Shown here: positions 10,076-18,936 of the stretch, piece after piece | Numbering within the stretch: the stretch's first letter is position 1 | Layout: every line of letters begins with the position of its first letter | Assembly: GCA_038200765.1 (NCBI GenBank) | Contig: JBBRRK010000001.1 | Location: 8,975 to 72,974 of the forward strand | Source of the DNA: Nitrospirales bacterium | Lineage (GTDB): Bacteria > Nitrospirota > Nitrospiria > Nitrospirales > Nitrospiraceae | DNA length: 64,000 bases | Direction: 5' to 3' | Program-made: the position numbers and the translations under genes | The notes under the pieces: generated by a model | Database searches by the model: none | What the model was told of the DNA's origin: nothing | The model's input: the letters and a program-made list of their open reading frames with translations, nothing else

Positions 10076-10185
10076 CAGGATAGTGTAAACGGCCCCAACG
10101 GCGTTCTCACCTCGGCCACATCCTCAACGTACCCCAGCGGATACGGCTACGATGTGGCCATCGGCTACGGCCTTGCCTGGTGAAA
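10076..10185. repeat. F1 repeat, degenerate copy (C)
   Basis: caggatagtgtaaacggccccaacggcgttctc...ctcaacgtacc...ggccttgc aligns with the F1 core. The 3' terminus is eroded. Confidence 0.6.
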
Positions 10186-10334
10186 GACGCGTCTCGGCGC
10201 GCCAGGGTTGGGAGGGTGAGAACATCGACCGTTTTGACCATCCTGCCCACTCCACCGAAAATCCTCTTTGCTTCTCAACTCCGACTTCGCATGGCGCTCG
10301 CGCGATGGCGCTTGCTTGTGTATGCTACTGCGCC

Positions 10335-11153
10335 ATGCGGTTCTCGCTCGGAGTCTCTATCCTCGCCCCGCTCTTGATCTGCATGCTTGCAAGTACTGAC
10401 TTCGCGCAAGCCCAGCTTGAAAACCTACGAAAAAATAGACCGGTCGAACAGGCGGCACAAGCCGAAACCCCGATGGCCAAGATTCCAGCCGGTGAGTTTG
10501 CAATGGGAATGGACGGGATGCAGGCGTTGGAGGATGAGCGTCCCAAGCATCAAGTCTGGCTACCAACTTTTTTCATGGATCTCCATGAGGTGACGACGGG
10601 GCAGTACGCATCGTTTCTTGCTGCCACAAACCGTCTCGCGCCCTGGCAGTGGAACGGGGTCGATCTGTCGCAGCATCGCGATCGTCCGGTAATCGGCGTG
10701 GATTGGTCGGATGCTGATGCCTATTGTCGATGGAAGGGAAAGCGGCTTCCCACCGAAGCGGAATGGGAGAAGTCGGGAAGAGGAACGGATGGAAGGTTAT
10801 ATCCCTGGGGCAATTGGATTCCAAGCAAAGATCTGGCAAATTTCGCGTTGGGTGCGCGGTTCAGCTATAGCCAGGTCTTGATGCCTGTGCAGTCCTATGA
10901 ACAAGGCAAGAGCCCCTATGGGCTCTATCACATGGCTGGGAATGTCTGGGAGTGGGTGCAAGATTGGTACGCCACGAACTATTACGACGTCTCGCCGGAA
11001 CGCAATCCGCAAGGCCCTGAGCAGGGGCAGTTCAAAGTGCTACGAGGTGGATCGTGGTCCGACTTGCCGAAGTATCTCCTCACCTATGGCCGTTTTACGC
11101 TCTCGCCTGAGACTCGCAACAGCTACACCGGCTTCCGTTGCGCCAAATCGTAA
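10335..11153 (+). CDS. formylglycine-generating-enzyme (SUMF1/FGE) family protein, secreted
   Basis: ERPKHQVWLPTFFMDLHEVT and VLRGGSW motifs. Signal-like MRFSLGVSILAPLLICMLAS from ATG 10335. The upstream part of the track ORF lies in repeat-derived sequence. Confidence 0.8.
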   Translation: MRFSLGVSILAPLLICMLASTDFAQAQLENLRKNRPVEQAAQAETPMAKIPAGEFAMGMDGMQALEDERPKHQVWLPTFFMDLHEVTTGQYASFLAATNRLAPWQWNGVDLSQHRDRPVIGVDWSDADAYCRWKGKRLPTEAEWEKSGRGTDGRLYPWGNWIPSKDLANFALGARFSYSQVLMPVQSYEQGKSPYGLYHMAGNVWEWVQDWYATNYYDVSPERNPQGPEQGQFKVLRGGSWSDLPKYLLTYGRFTLSPETRNSYTGFRCAKS

Positions 11154-11159
11154 CGGCTG

Positions 11160-11609
11160 TTAGGAGAAGAGGAGAGCGAGAAGGAATAATCCTGTCAGCG
11201 AGCACAGCGAGGTGAAGTAGAGGATGCCGGTTCGATCGCTCAGCCAGGCGGTCCTCCACCCCTGGGGATAGAGTGCCTGATGTTCTTCGACCAGGCCTTC
11301 TTCATAAAACCCGAGTGCTTGTTCGAGCTGAACCAGGACTTGTTTGGCCTGCCGGTGCCGGTATTGTTGTTGAACGATCAGACCACAGAACAAGCCGCAC
11401 CAGATCACGCTCGCGAGCATGATGGACAAGGTGTCGAGGAACGTCAGCTGATCTTTGTATGGACTCAAGAGAAACGCGAAGAGCATCGTGATCAGACCCA
11501 GTGAGCCTACGACTGTGAGCCGCATCATCTGTTCGCGTCGCTGGTACACCTCCTCTTTATAGAGGGGGTAGAGAACCGTCAAGACCTGTTGGGTACCTTT
11601 GGTAATCAT
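11160..11609 (-). CDS. hypothetical membrane protein
   Basis: 149 aa with 3-4 hydrophobic helices. No motif recognised. Confidence 0.5.
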   Translation of the reverse strand: MITKGTQQVLTVLYPLYKEEVYQRREQMMRLTVVGSLGLITMLFAFLLSPYKDQLTFLDTLSIMLASVIWCGLFCGLIVQQQYRHRQAKQVLVQLEQALGFYEEGLVEEHQALYPQGWRTAWLSDRTGILYFTSLCSLTGLFLLALLFS

Positions 11610-11616
11610 GCTCGGT

Positions 11617-11748
11617 CTAGTAGGATGCTGAAAAAGTCCGCCAGCATCGTTCTCGCCTTGACCACATCCTCAACGTAGCCAAGAGGCTACGCCTCCGGTG
11701 CGGTCGTCGGCTGCGGCCTCGCCGGACGGCCTTTTTGAGCATCCTACT
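11617..11748. repeat. F1 repeat, short form (A)
   Basis: ctagtaggatgctgaaaaag...ctcaacgta...ctttttgagcatcctactgg. A long imperfect palindrome. Confidence 0.85.
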
Positions 11749-11797
11749 GGGTCTCCTACCGTTGTCTGATTATTTGTCCGCAATGCCACAGTCATTT

Positions 11798-12577
11798 TCA
11801 TCGTGAGGCCTCTGCCTGCAGATGGGTAATAAGCCAATCGCTGATCGAAGTCGTCATCTGGCGAAAATCTTCCTCCCGAGTGAATTGGTGATCGACTCCT
11901 GGCAGAAGATCAAGCCTCTTAGGTCCTTTCAGCGCGTCATACAATTGCCGGCTTTGATGGAGGGGGACGCATTCGTCCTGCTCACCCTGAACAATCAGTG
12001 TGGGGATGGTGATTCGTTCAGCCGGCCCATAGGCAATCTGTCTGAGGCAGTCGTCATAAAAGCCATACCGCAAACGGACCCGATCCGGCCCCCCCATGAT
12101 GTTCGGAATCGTGTCCGTGGCATGCCACCGTGCCAACTCTTCAGCTCCGAATGTTAGGTGAAGCTCTTCCGCAAAGTCCACCACAGGGCATTTGAGGGCC
12201 AAACAAGCGAGGTCGCGGCGTTGGGCCGCCGTGAGGATGGCAACGAGTCCTCCAAAGCTTGAGCCGATGAGCCCGATTCGGTCATAGCCTCTGGCGATGA
12301 CGAGATCGAGTGCGGTTTCGGCTTGATGCACGGCCAGGGTTGTTGTGATCTCTTCGAACGGTCCATCACTGTCCCCTTGACCAAAAAAATCGAACCGAAA
12401 GGTTGCCAGGCCCTGTTCATTGAGAAGGCGGGTCAAGGTCTTATTGGTCGCGCTATTCTTGCTGGAGAGAAACCCATGGCATAGTACGACAAGCCGCGTC
12501 GTTGGTCCGTCAGGCGTACTCAAGATCGCCGCTATGCTGTGGCCATGGCGATCACGAAATGTCAGGGCTTCTTCCAT
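11798..12577 (-). CDS. alpha/beta hydrolase (dienelactone-hydrolase-like)
   Basis: VVLCHGF and nucleophile elbow GSSFGG. ATG 12577 preferred because the longer track ORF runs into repeat F1-B. Confidence 0.75.
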   Translation of the reverse strand: MEEALTFRDRHGHSIAAILSTPDGPTTRLVVLCHGFLSSKNSATNKTLTRLLNEQGLATFRFDFFGQGDSDGPFEEITTTLAVHQAETALDLVIARGYDRIGLIGSSFGGLVAILTAAQRRDLACLALKCPVVDFAEELHLTFGAEELARWHATDTIPNIMGGPDRVRLRYGFYDDCLRQIAYGPAERITIPTLIVQGEQDECVPLHQSRQLYDALKGPKRLDLLPGVDHQFTREEDFRQMTTSISDWLITHLQAEASR

Positions 12578-12672
12578 AAGGTCGTCCTTCGATCCAGCGG
12601 CTGTAGAAAACCTATTTTGACATGCTGGAAATTCGTTGGCCAGAACGTGTAGCACACCAAGAAAACACTCCC

Positions 12673-12799
12673 GCAGGATGCTCAAACAGTTCGTCCAGTA
12701 AGGCTGCAGGCGAGTCGAAACCGGAGGCGTACCCTCGGCGGTACGTTGAGGATTTCAATGAGCCGAGAACGCTGCTGGCGGACTGTTTCAGCATCCTGC
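12673..12799. repeat. F1 repeat, short form, inverted orientation (B)
   Basis: gcaggatgctcaaacag...tacgttgagg...ctgtttcagcatcctgc aligns with the reverse complement of the 53.3 kb copy. Confidence 0.85.
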
Positions 12800-12801
12800 T
12801 A

Positions 12802-13605
12802 CTAGGCTTGGAGAAAATAGAAATGATTCGTCGGTCCGGTACCGTGACCGATTGCTAGGCTATGGCGAAGGGCTTCGGTGAGGTAGGTCTTGGCAGTCTG
12901 TACGGCATCATTCACGGATTTGCCTCGCGCGAGATGGGCCGCGATGGCGGAGGCGAACGTGCAGCCGGTGCCATGCGTGTGGGGCGTATCGATGAATTCT
13001 CCCTTGAACACATTGAAGAGCCGGCCGTCATAGAGCAGATCGGTGCCTCGTTCAGCCGGGAAATGACCACCCTTGATCAGCACGTACTTGCAGCCGAACT
13101 TGTGAATGATTTGGGCGGCGCGACGCGCGTCCGCGAGCGTCTTGATCTCAATCCCGGACAGTTGCTGGGCCTCATGGATGTTCGGCGTGACCAGCAATGC
13201 CAAGGGGAAGAGCTGTGTCTTCATGGCATCGATCGCCTCCGGCTTGAGCAGCGCATGGCCGGTTTTCGAGATCATGACCGGATCCACCACGAGATTCGTG
13301 ACATTTTGAGGCTTCAGGAGTTTGGCCACAACCTCAACGATAGCTGTCGAGGACAGCATCCCGGTCTTGACCGCCGCGACATCGAAGTCATCGAACACGG
13401 CATCAATTTGCGCCGCGATGATCGAGATCGGCAACTCAAAGACGTCGATGACCTCTTCCGTATTCTGCGCGGTGATGGCGGTGATCGCCGACATAGCAAA
13501 CACACCGTTAGCCGACATGGCCTTAATATCGGCCTGAATCCCAGCGCCTCCACCAGAATCCGACCCCGCAATCGTCAAGACTTGTTTGATGGGTTGTATG
13601 TTCAT
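12802..13605 (-). CDS. thiD: hydroxymethylpyrimidine/phosphomethylpyrimidine kinase
   Basis: VLTIAGSDSGGGAGIQADIKA and GTGCTFASAIAAHLA. 267 aa from ATG 13605. Confidence 0.9.
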   Translation of the reverse strand: MNIQPIKQVLTIAGSDSGGGAGIQADIKAMSANGVFAMSAITAITAQNTEEVIDVFELPISIIAAQIDAVFDDFDVAAVKTGMLSSTAIVEVVAKLLKPQNVTNLVVDPVMISKTGHALLKPEAIDAMKTQLFPLALLVTPNIHEAQQLSGIEIKTLADARRAAQIIHKFGCKYVLIKGGHFPAERGTDLLYDGRLFNVFKGEFIDTPHTHGTGCTFASAIAAHLARGKSVNDAVQTAKTYLTEALRHSLAIGHGTGPTNHFYFLQA

Positions 13606-13612
13606 GTGAGTA

Positions 13613-14590
13613 TCAATTAGACGGTGGTGGTATCGCGTCGGTTGCCGCCGGAGAGGCGCCAGCCGATTCGACTTTGAGGCCCTCGATAGAGAACATGGCA
13701 TCCCGTCGTGGCGCCTTCTCGTGATAACGAAAGATAAATTGATTTCCGTTTGCATCGGCCGGCGCTGAGAAGGTCAACAGGGCCTGACCTTTTTCTCGTG
13801 GAGAGAGCTCGATACCGCGCATGCAGAGGCCCTCGCGGTTGTCGTCCGCTTCCAATTTCCACCGGGCGCCATGGTCATCTTCGAGCAGGGTGTCTTGCAG
13901 CAGACACAGGACTTTCATGTCGCGCGATGACGTATTTTCAATCATGAGATCGATCGTGACCTGTTTGTCCCGCCTATGCAGGGCTGTCACGACCAGCTGA
14001 TAGTGCTCATTACTGTGGGACCCAAGACCAGGCGGTGGCGCCGGCTTGGCGGAGAGATCAACCTTCACGACAGGCGGTTTGTTTGCTTCCTTGATCAGTT
14101 CCGCCAGCGGGCCGGTTTTAGGAATCATGCCGCGCGTGGCGCCCAGCGACTGCACGGTGCTTGGGCTGAGCAGTTTCACCGTCACTCGAAAGCCGTCCGG
14201 TGAATCGAGATAGGCTCCGGTGAGAAATGCATCGGCATGGACCGCCTTGGCGACTCGCTTGACCGATTTTGCTTGGGCCGGCTCGAGTTGCGTGACATGG
14301 AACTTCTTCAACGTCGAGCTTACGATGGTGCGATCGATGACCTTGAGTTCCCCGGCGACCAAAATCTGTGTGCTCAACTCCTCTGCCAAAAACTGTCCTA
14401 TCGGCGTAATTGCGCCTTTGGCATCCGTAAAGTCCAGCACCGCCAGCCGGTCCCTCTTCGCTTTTGCAGCATCGGCGATCACTCCCTCCGCCAGTTGCTT
14501 TAGGCTTTCCTCATAAGACGATGCCGCATGAGCTGGAAACGTCCAGAGAGTAGCGATGGCAAGTAGGGCCGTGAGCAGGAGACGATTCAT
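13613..14590 (-). CDS. secreted hypothetical protein
   Basis: Signal peptide MNRLLLTALLAIATLWTFPAHA from ATG 14590. No confident domain call. Confidence 0.6.
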   Translation of the reverse strand: MNRLLLTALLAIATLWTFPAHAASSYEESLKQLAEGVIADAAKAKRDRLAVLDFTDAKGAITPIGQFLAEELSTQILVAGELKVIDRTIVSSTLKKFHVTQLEPAQAKSVKRVAKAVHADAFLTGAYLDSPDGFRVTVKLLSPSTVQSLGATRGMIPKTGPLAELIKEANKPPVVKVDLSAKPAPPPGLGSHSNEHYQLVVTALHRRDKQVTIDLMIENTSSRDMKVLCLLQDTLLEDDHGARWKLEADDNREGLCMRGIELSPREKGQALLTFSAPADANGNQFIFRYHEKAPRRDAMFSIEGLKVESAGASPAATDAIPPPSN

Positions 14591-14760
14591 TCCTGGGGCG
14601 TTATCCTTTGAGACGGGAAACCACTTCAACGCTGGGCCACATTATACTCAGCGGACATAGCCTGTCCAGCGGGGGAGTTCAATTGGCCAACATCGCCGGA
14701 GAGCTAAGCTGACGCCCATCCGAAAGTGCCCTGAAGTATTAAGCGAATGAGGTGATTGTG

Positions 14761-14944
14761 ATGGCCATTGAAACGGTGAAGCAGAAGATCCTTCAAGTTG
14801 TCGAGCGGCTTCCTGATACGGCTACGCGTGAGGATGCCATAGAACGGCTCTGTTTTTTTGGCGAAGGGTGAAGAAGGCCTCGGTGTGTCCGATGCGGGCG
14901 AGACGGTTCCCCACGCCGAGTCCGTTCCCCAAATCTCTAATTAA
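14761..14944 (+). pseudogene. small antitoxin-like gene disrupted at a T7 run
   Basis: MAIETVKQKILQVVERLPDTATREDAIERLCFF, then a stop at 14869-14871. Removing one T from the run at 14853-14859 extends the ORF as ..LAKGEEGLGVSDAGETVPHAE.. to a stop at 14942-14944. Confidence 0.4.
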
Positions 14945-15290
14945 ATCTCTCGCCTCCTCCGCCAGGGTCTTTGAACCCATCCAGGGAAAAGTTCGCTCTC
15001 CCCAGCACCGCCCGCGACCCAGTATTCAACCAATAGGCAGCCTTCAGTAGGGCAATCAACACCCTCAGCCCGCCGAGGTTCAACCGTATCTGACGTTTGC
15101 TCACGCAGCAACTTTGTTAGAATCATTCACACAGGGCACGGTTGATTTTTCCCATCCTTCGGCGTACTCCTAGCCCAGGCAAACACTCATGACGCGTTCG
15201 CAACCATTGGTTAAGGGGAATCCACGTATGGCCCTCACGTTCCCTTCACCATAACCATTGGGCTTGAGAAAGCTATCCGATGAGGAGTCC

Positions 15291-15806
15291 ATGCTAATCA
15301 AATTCTTTGTGCTTGTTCTAGCTTCAACCATTGTGGGCTGCTCTACTCCAGGAGTCCGACTCACAGTGACATCCGAACCTGACGGGGCATATATCACGTC
15401 AGGCGGACCAGCATCAGGAATAGTACCCGTTGTGGCCTTCTGGGAGATGCAATCCCTTCAAAAAAACTCGCGAGACGAGAAAGGCTGCTTTCAGCTCAAA
15501 GGATTCACAGCAAGATGGGCTAGTGGGGCGGTTACAGAAGTGCCAGTGGTTCGAGTCTGCGGTGAAGCGGATGGCGATTATAATTTCGTTATGTCACGCG
15601 ACATGAACCATCCTGACTTGGAAAAAGATCTGCAATTTGCCCTCCAAGTCCAAACTGTCAGAGCGCAGAATGCTCAGGCTGAAGCCTCTCAAGCGGCAGC
15701 ATTCGCCGCGATGTGGTCAGCCGCTAAGGTGGGTCAGACGACACAAAAACCAGTCCATTGTTCCACATATAACTCTGGCAGTACTATTCAAACAGATTGT
15801 CAGTGA
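15291..15806 (+). CDS. hypothetical lipoprotein
   Basis: Signal peptide plus lipobox MLIKFFVLVLASTIVGC. Confidence 0.6.
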   Translation: MLIKFFVLVLASTIVGCSTPGVRLTVTSEPDGAYITSGGPASGIVPVVAFWEMQSLQKNSRDEKGCFQLKGFTARWASGAVTEVPVVRVCGEADGDYNFVMSRDMNHPDLEKDLQFALQVQTVRAQNAQAEASQAAAFAAMWSAAKVGQTTQKPVHCSTYNSGSTIQTDCQ

Positions 15807-15839
15807 ATCCGTGGGTATTGCCAAGAACTCTAGGTATAG

Positions 15840-17012
15840 ATGATTCAACAAGATCTCCCTCTCATCCGACGCAACAATGACATCAAGGATTCGGAGATTC
15901 CCAAGTACGTCGGGAAACTCAGAGGGTTCCTGGGGCATGAAGCTCTTGCCAAGGCGCAAGTCAACCTTGATAAGGATCTCTCGAATCACGGTTGGTGCTA
16001 TCGTAATTGGGCACAAAAGCTTCGGCCATGGCTTTTTGCGTTCCGTATGTTCGACCAGGAAACAAGAAGCGGGATCTGCATACCGAAGAAGTGGCCAACA
16101 GGAATTCGCGAGATGGTCGGCGATGCGCTAATGGTCTCCTCTCTACATCACGGCATGCCGGAAGATGTTAAGGCAAAATACCGCAACGACCTACTTACAG
16201 ACCAGCATAATGATTTCATGATGGAGATTCATACCGCGTGGCATTACTACTTGCAAGGGTTCGGCATTCAGTGGTCTCCTCTCGGACAAGATAGATGTCC
16301 CGAGTTTCGCGTGCGTGGCGGCAGCCTAGATTTCAACGTCGAATGTCGGCGATTCACCTGTGACATGATCTACGAAGTGCTGCGGGCCCACAACCTTTGG
16401 GGCGAGGTGAGGGTTGAATTCGTCAATGACTTTCGCTCTGACCCCGGTCGCATACACCAGTGGTCAGAAGCTCTGACCCGTGCGCTTGATGCGAGTCAAA
16501 CAACCATCGAACTTGATCCTAGTGTTCGATTGACATTGGAGCTCAAGGCTGCACCAAGTCGAATGTATGAACTGGAAGAACTCGACGCGCTAGCACGGGA
16601 TCAACAGCATCCGGCGAGGAGCTTTCTTCTGTGCAAGCAAGAGGGCAAGTTGAGTTTCGATCCTGTCGTCTTTAGGTGTTACGGTCCGCGTAAAACCGCG
16701 AAGCAGTTGCGTGACTATATCTACAAAACGCTTAAGAAAAAGGTTACCACTCAGCTATCACCTGACCGAGCGGGCGTAATTGTTGTTCGATTCAATGGCA
16801 TACGTGACCCACACGTGTTCAAAGAATCTAAAGGAATCAATGATGCGCTCAGCAAACTATTTGAACGACAGCATTTAGCGGCGGTTGTCATGCAATGTGA
16901 GGGAATCGCCAGATTTAGTACGGGCAGTCTTCTTTATTCAACTCCAAGCGTCGTTGTCAGAAATTCCTCAACGGCTTTTCCGAATGTCGCTGCTGCCAAG
17001 CATCTGTCTTAG
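15840..17012 (+). CDS. hypothetical protein (orphan, 390 aa)
   Basis: Long ORF with no motif I recognise. Sampled lines are about 43-45% GC, clearly below the window norm. Confidence 0.6.
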   Translation: MIQQDLPLIRRNNDIKDSEIPKYVGKLRGFLGHEALAKAQVNLDKDLSNHGWCYRNWAQKLRPWLFAFRMFDQETRSGICIPKKWPTGIREMVGDALMVSSLHHGMPEDVKAKYRNDLLTDQHNDFMMEIHTAWHYYLQGFGIQWSPLGQDRCPEFRVRGGSLDFNVECRRFTCDMIYEVLRAHNLWGEVRVEFVNDFRSDPGRIHQWSEALTRALDASQTTIELDPSVRLTLELKAAPSRMYELEELDALARDQQHPARSFLLCKQEGKLSFDPVVFRCYGPRKTAKQLRDYIYKTLKKKVTTQLSPDRAGVIVVRFNGIRDPHVFKESKGINDALSKLFERQHLAAVVMQCEGIARFSTGSLLYSTPSVVVRNSSTAFPNVAAAKHLS

Positions 17013-17052
17013 TAGATATGGGAGTCGGGAAAGCCGGCTCTTAGGTTCTTTA

Positions 17053-17184
17053 TTCCTCTCTCTTCTCTGGTGACCGGTGGTTTTCTTTGGGTAGGTAGCA
17101 GGGCTGGGCCAAACTGCGCGCGTCCAACGAGGGCCTTCTGAGGCCGCGCGTTGCGCGAGCAATGGAACGGCCCTGCTGCCTGCC
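17053..17184. repeat. F3 repeat copy a
   Basis: About 130 nt, near-identical to 18003-18132. The core 17089-17184 has inverted termini GGTAGGTAGCAGGGC / GCCCTGCTGCCTGCC. Confidence 0.85.
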
Positions 17185-17287
17185 TGCCCCTAACCAGGCC
17201 GCTTCCCCATTCCCCTCTCAACCCGGCGTCCATGGGTAACGTGAGTTGGAGGTGGGATGTCCCTGTTGGCTATTTTTCGTTAAGGCG

Positions 17288-17548
17288 TCACCCGGCCATG
17301 AGGCTGAGTTCCTCAATACGTGAATGGGCCGGGGCGAGCTTTTTGATGGTCACATAGAGAAGAGGCTGATCTTGAGCGGCTTGTTCTTTGCCGATGCGCG
17401 CGCTCCACTTGTTGAATCCCTCATCCCCTTCGAGGAGGAGGATCACCTGGGCATTATCGGGGATTTTGTCGGCAAACTCCGGGTGTTCCCGGAGGTACCG
17501 ATCGAACTCCATTCCTAGCAGGCTGTTTCTCTTTTCATGAATGTTCAT
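17288..17548 (-). CDS. small protein, DUF5647-like (tentative)
   Basis: 86 aa. RYLREHPEF...SRIEEL pattern recalled from memory. ATGA overlap with the upstream ORF. Confidence 0.55.
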   Translation of the reverse strand: MNIHEKRNSLLGMEFDRYLREHPEFADKIPDNAQVILLLEGDEGFNKWSARIGKEQAAQDQPLLYVTIKKLAPAHSRIEELSLMAG

Positions 17549-17856
17549 GGAAACTGACCCTCCAAGAATCTCGTTTTATACGTTTCCCAGTTCAGGTCGA
17601 TATCGTCGTCCGCCAATGTCAGACTTTCAGCATATGAAAGTTGAAGCGCCTCTTTTGCTTGTTCCCCGCGCATATTGTAACGGTCTATGTGGGAAAAGTC
17701 ATGAGCGCAATCATAACGGATCACGGGCTGCCAGGCACCCTCGACCTTCACTTCAAGCTGGACCGCGAAATTCATCACTTTGCCACGTTCGGTCTTGTGA
17801 AAGTGCCGTTTCCGCACGTCCTCTCCTAACGCTCTGATGTATGTCTTTTCACTCAC
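17545..17856 (-). CDS. small protein with a His-rich motif, TumE/DUF6516-like logic (tentative)
   Basis: 103 aa. VIRYDCAHDFSHIDRY. First gene of a translationally coupled pair. Confidence 0.55.
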   Translation of the reverse strand: MSEKTYIRALGEDVRKRHFHKTERGKVMNFAVQLEVKVEGAWQPVIRYDCAHDFSHIDRYNMRGEQAKEALQLSYAESLTLADDDIDLNWETYKTRFLEGQFP

Positions 17857-17896
17857 AGGGTGTTTCTATTCCTCTAAGTGACCGGCTTGATCTTTT

Positions 17897-17989
17897 GGCA
17901 AGGGGCAGGATTGTCTCGAACTGCGCGCATCGAGCGACCACTGTTTCATCGTGGGGGCTCTGCGAGCACGCGAGACGGCCCTCCCCTGC
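17897..17989. repeat. F3 repeat copy b (diverged core)
   Basis: ggcaaggggcagg...aactgcgcgcatcgagcga...gacggccctcccctgc parallels the F3 core. Confidence 0.6.
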
Positions 17990-18002
17990 ATTGACCCCTT
18001 CC

Positions 18003-18132
18003 TCCTTTTCTCTCTCTGGGGCCGGTGGGTTTCTTGGGGCAGGTAGCAGGGCTGGGCCAGACTGCGCGCGTCCAACGAGGGCCTTCTGAGGCCGCGCGTT
18101 GCGCGAGCAATGGAACGGCCCTGTTGCCTGCC
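18003..18132. repeat. F3 repeat copy c
   Basis: Direct repeat of 17053-17184. Includes the shared block actgcgcgcgtccaacgagggccttctgaggccgcgcgttgcgcgagcaatggaacggccc. Confidence 0.85.
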
Positions 18133-18142
18133 CATCCTCTCT

Positions 18143-18811
18143 TCACACCGGCCACTTCTCTTCATTCCACGCCATCTCCCAAAACATCCACTCATAGCGC
18201 GAGCTGATCATGAACGATTCTTCCATTCGGCGTTTTTCTTCTTTTCCTGCCGTCTTCGCCCACTGGTCCACTTTCTTTCGCATCCATTGCTGGACCTCGG
18301 CGAATTCCGGTGAGGCGTAGAGCATGAGCCAGTCTCGATAGGGATGATCACTTTTGGGCGGACCATGCTTCAAGAGATGCTGCCCGACGACGCAGTAGAT
18401 CCAGGCGCAGGGGAGGGCGACAACGGTGATCTCCGCTACCGAGCCTGTATGGGCAACCGTGAGCATGTGCCTGGTATAGGCGTAGTTCGTCGGCGCCATG
18501 GGCACGGCCGTCATGTCCTTCGCGCTCATGTCCCACCGTGACCCGTATCCCTCGTGAAGGCTACGTTCGACGACCATGGTGTCTTCGGCGAGCTTCGTCA
18601 GACGCAGGGCTGATTCTGAATCCGGCGCTCTCAGCGCTCCGGCAGAAAATACCCGGGCGAGATCGCCGAGAAACCTGGCGTCTTGCAGAATGTAGTACTT
18701 AAACTTACGTTCCGGCAAGGTCCCCTTGCCCAACGCCACGACGAACGGATGGGTCAGTTGGGCATCCCAGATGGGTGTGGCGAGTTGTCTGAGGCGATCC
18801 GTAAACGACAT
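18143..18811 (-). CDS. tenA: thiaminase II / aminopyrimidine aminohydrolase
   Basis: 222 aa. THPFVVALGKGTLPERKFKYYILQDARFL. Confidence 0.85.
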   Translation of the reverse strand: MSFTDRLRQLATPIWDAQLTHPFVVALGKGTLPERKFKYYILQDARFLGDLARVFSAGALRAPDSESALRLTKLAEDTMVVERSLHEGYGSRWDMSAKDMTAVPMAPTNYAYTRHMLTVAHTGSVAEITVVALPCAWIYCVVGQHLLKHGPPKSDHPYRDWLMLYASPEFAEVQQWMRKKVDQWAKTAGKEEKRRMEESFMISSRYEWMFWEMAWNEEKWPV

Positions 18812-18831
18812 GGGTACGTTCTCCCTTAGGC

Positions 18832-18890
18832 GTAAAACATGATGAGTGAAACGGAAGACTGTGGATAACGAATTTCAGATGATGAACGGG
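18832..18890. repeat. F5 heptad element, partial (site 5)
   Basis: gtaaaacatgatgagtgaaacggaagactgtgg parallels the left arms of sites 2 and 4. Confidence 0.45.
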
Positions 18891-18936
18891 GAAGATTGTA
18901 CCATGCGTGGGGGTTCGGTCTTCTCATTCTTGCGAT

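Noticed and set aside
17009-18195. ORFs 16968-17162, 17009-17233, 17866-18195 and 17946-18155, which share peptides such as LAQRAASEGPRWTRAVWPSPAT
   Set aside because: They are translations of the F3 repeat copies. The duplication is at the DNA level and the products are Arg/Pro-rich.
18812-18936. TPP riboswitch upstream of tenA (thiamine genes often have one)
   Set aside because: The leader lacks the conserved CUGAGA and ACCUGAUCUGGAUAAUGCCAGCG-type blocks. The sequence is instead occupied by a partial F5 repeat.
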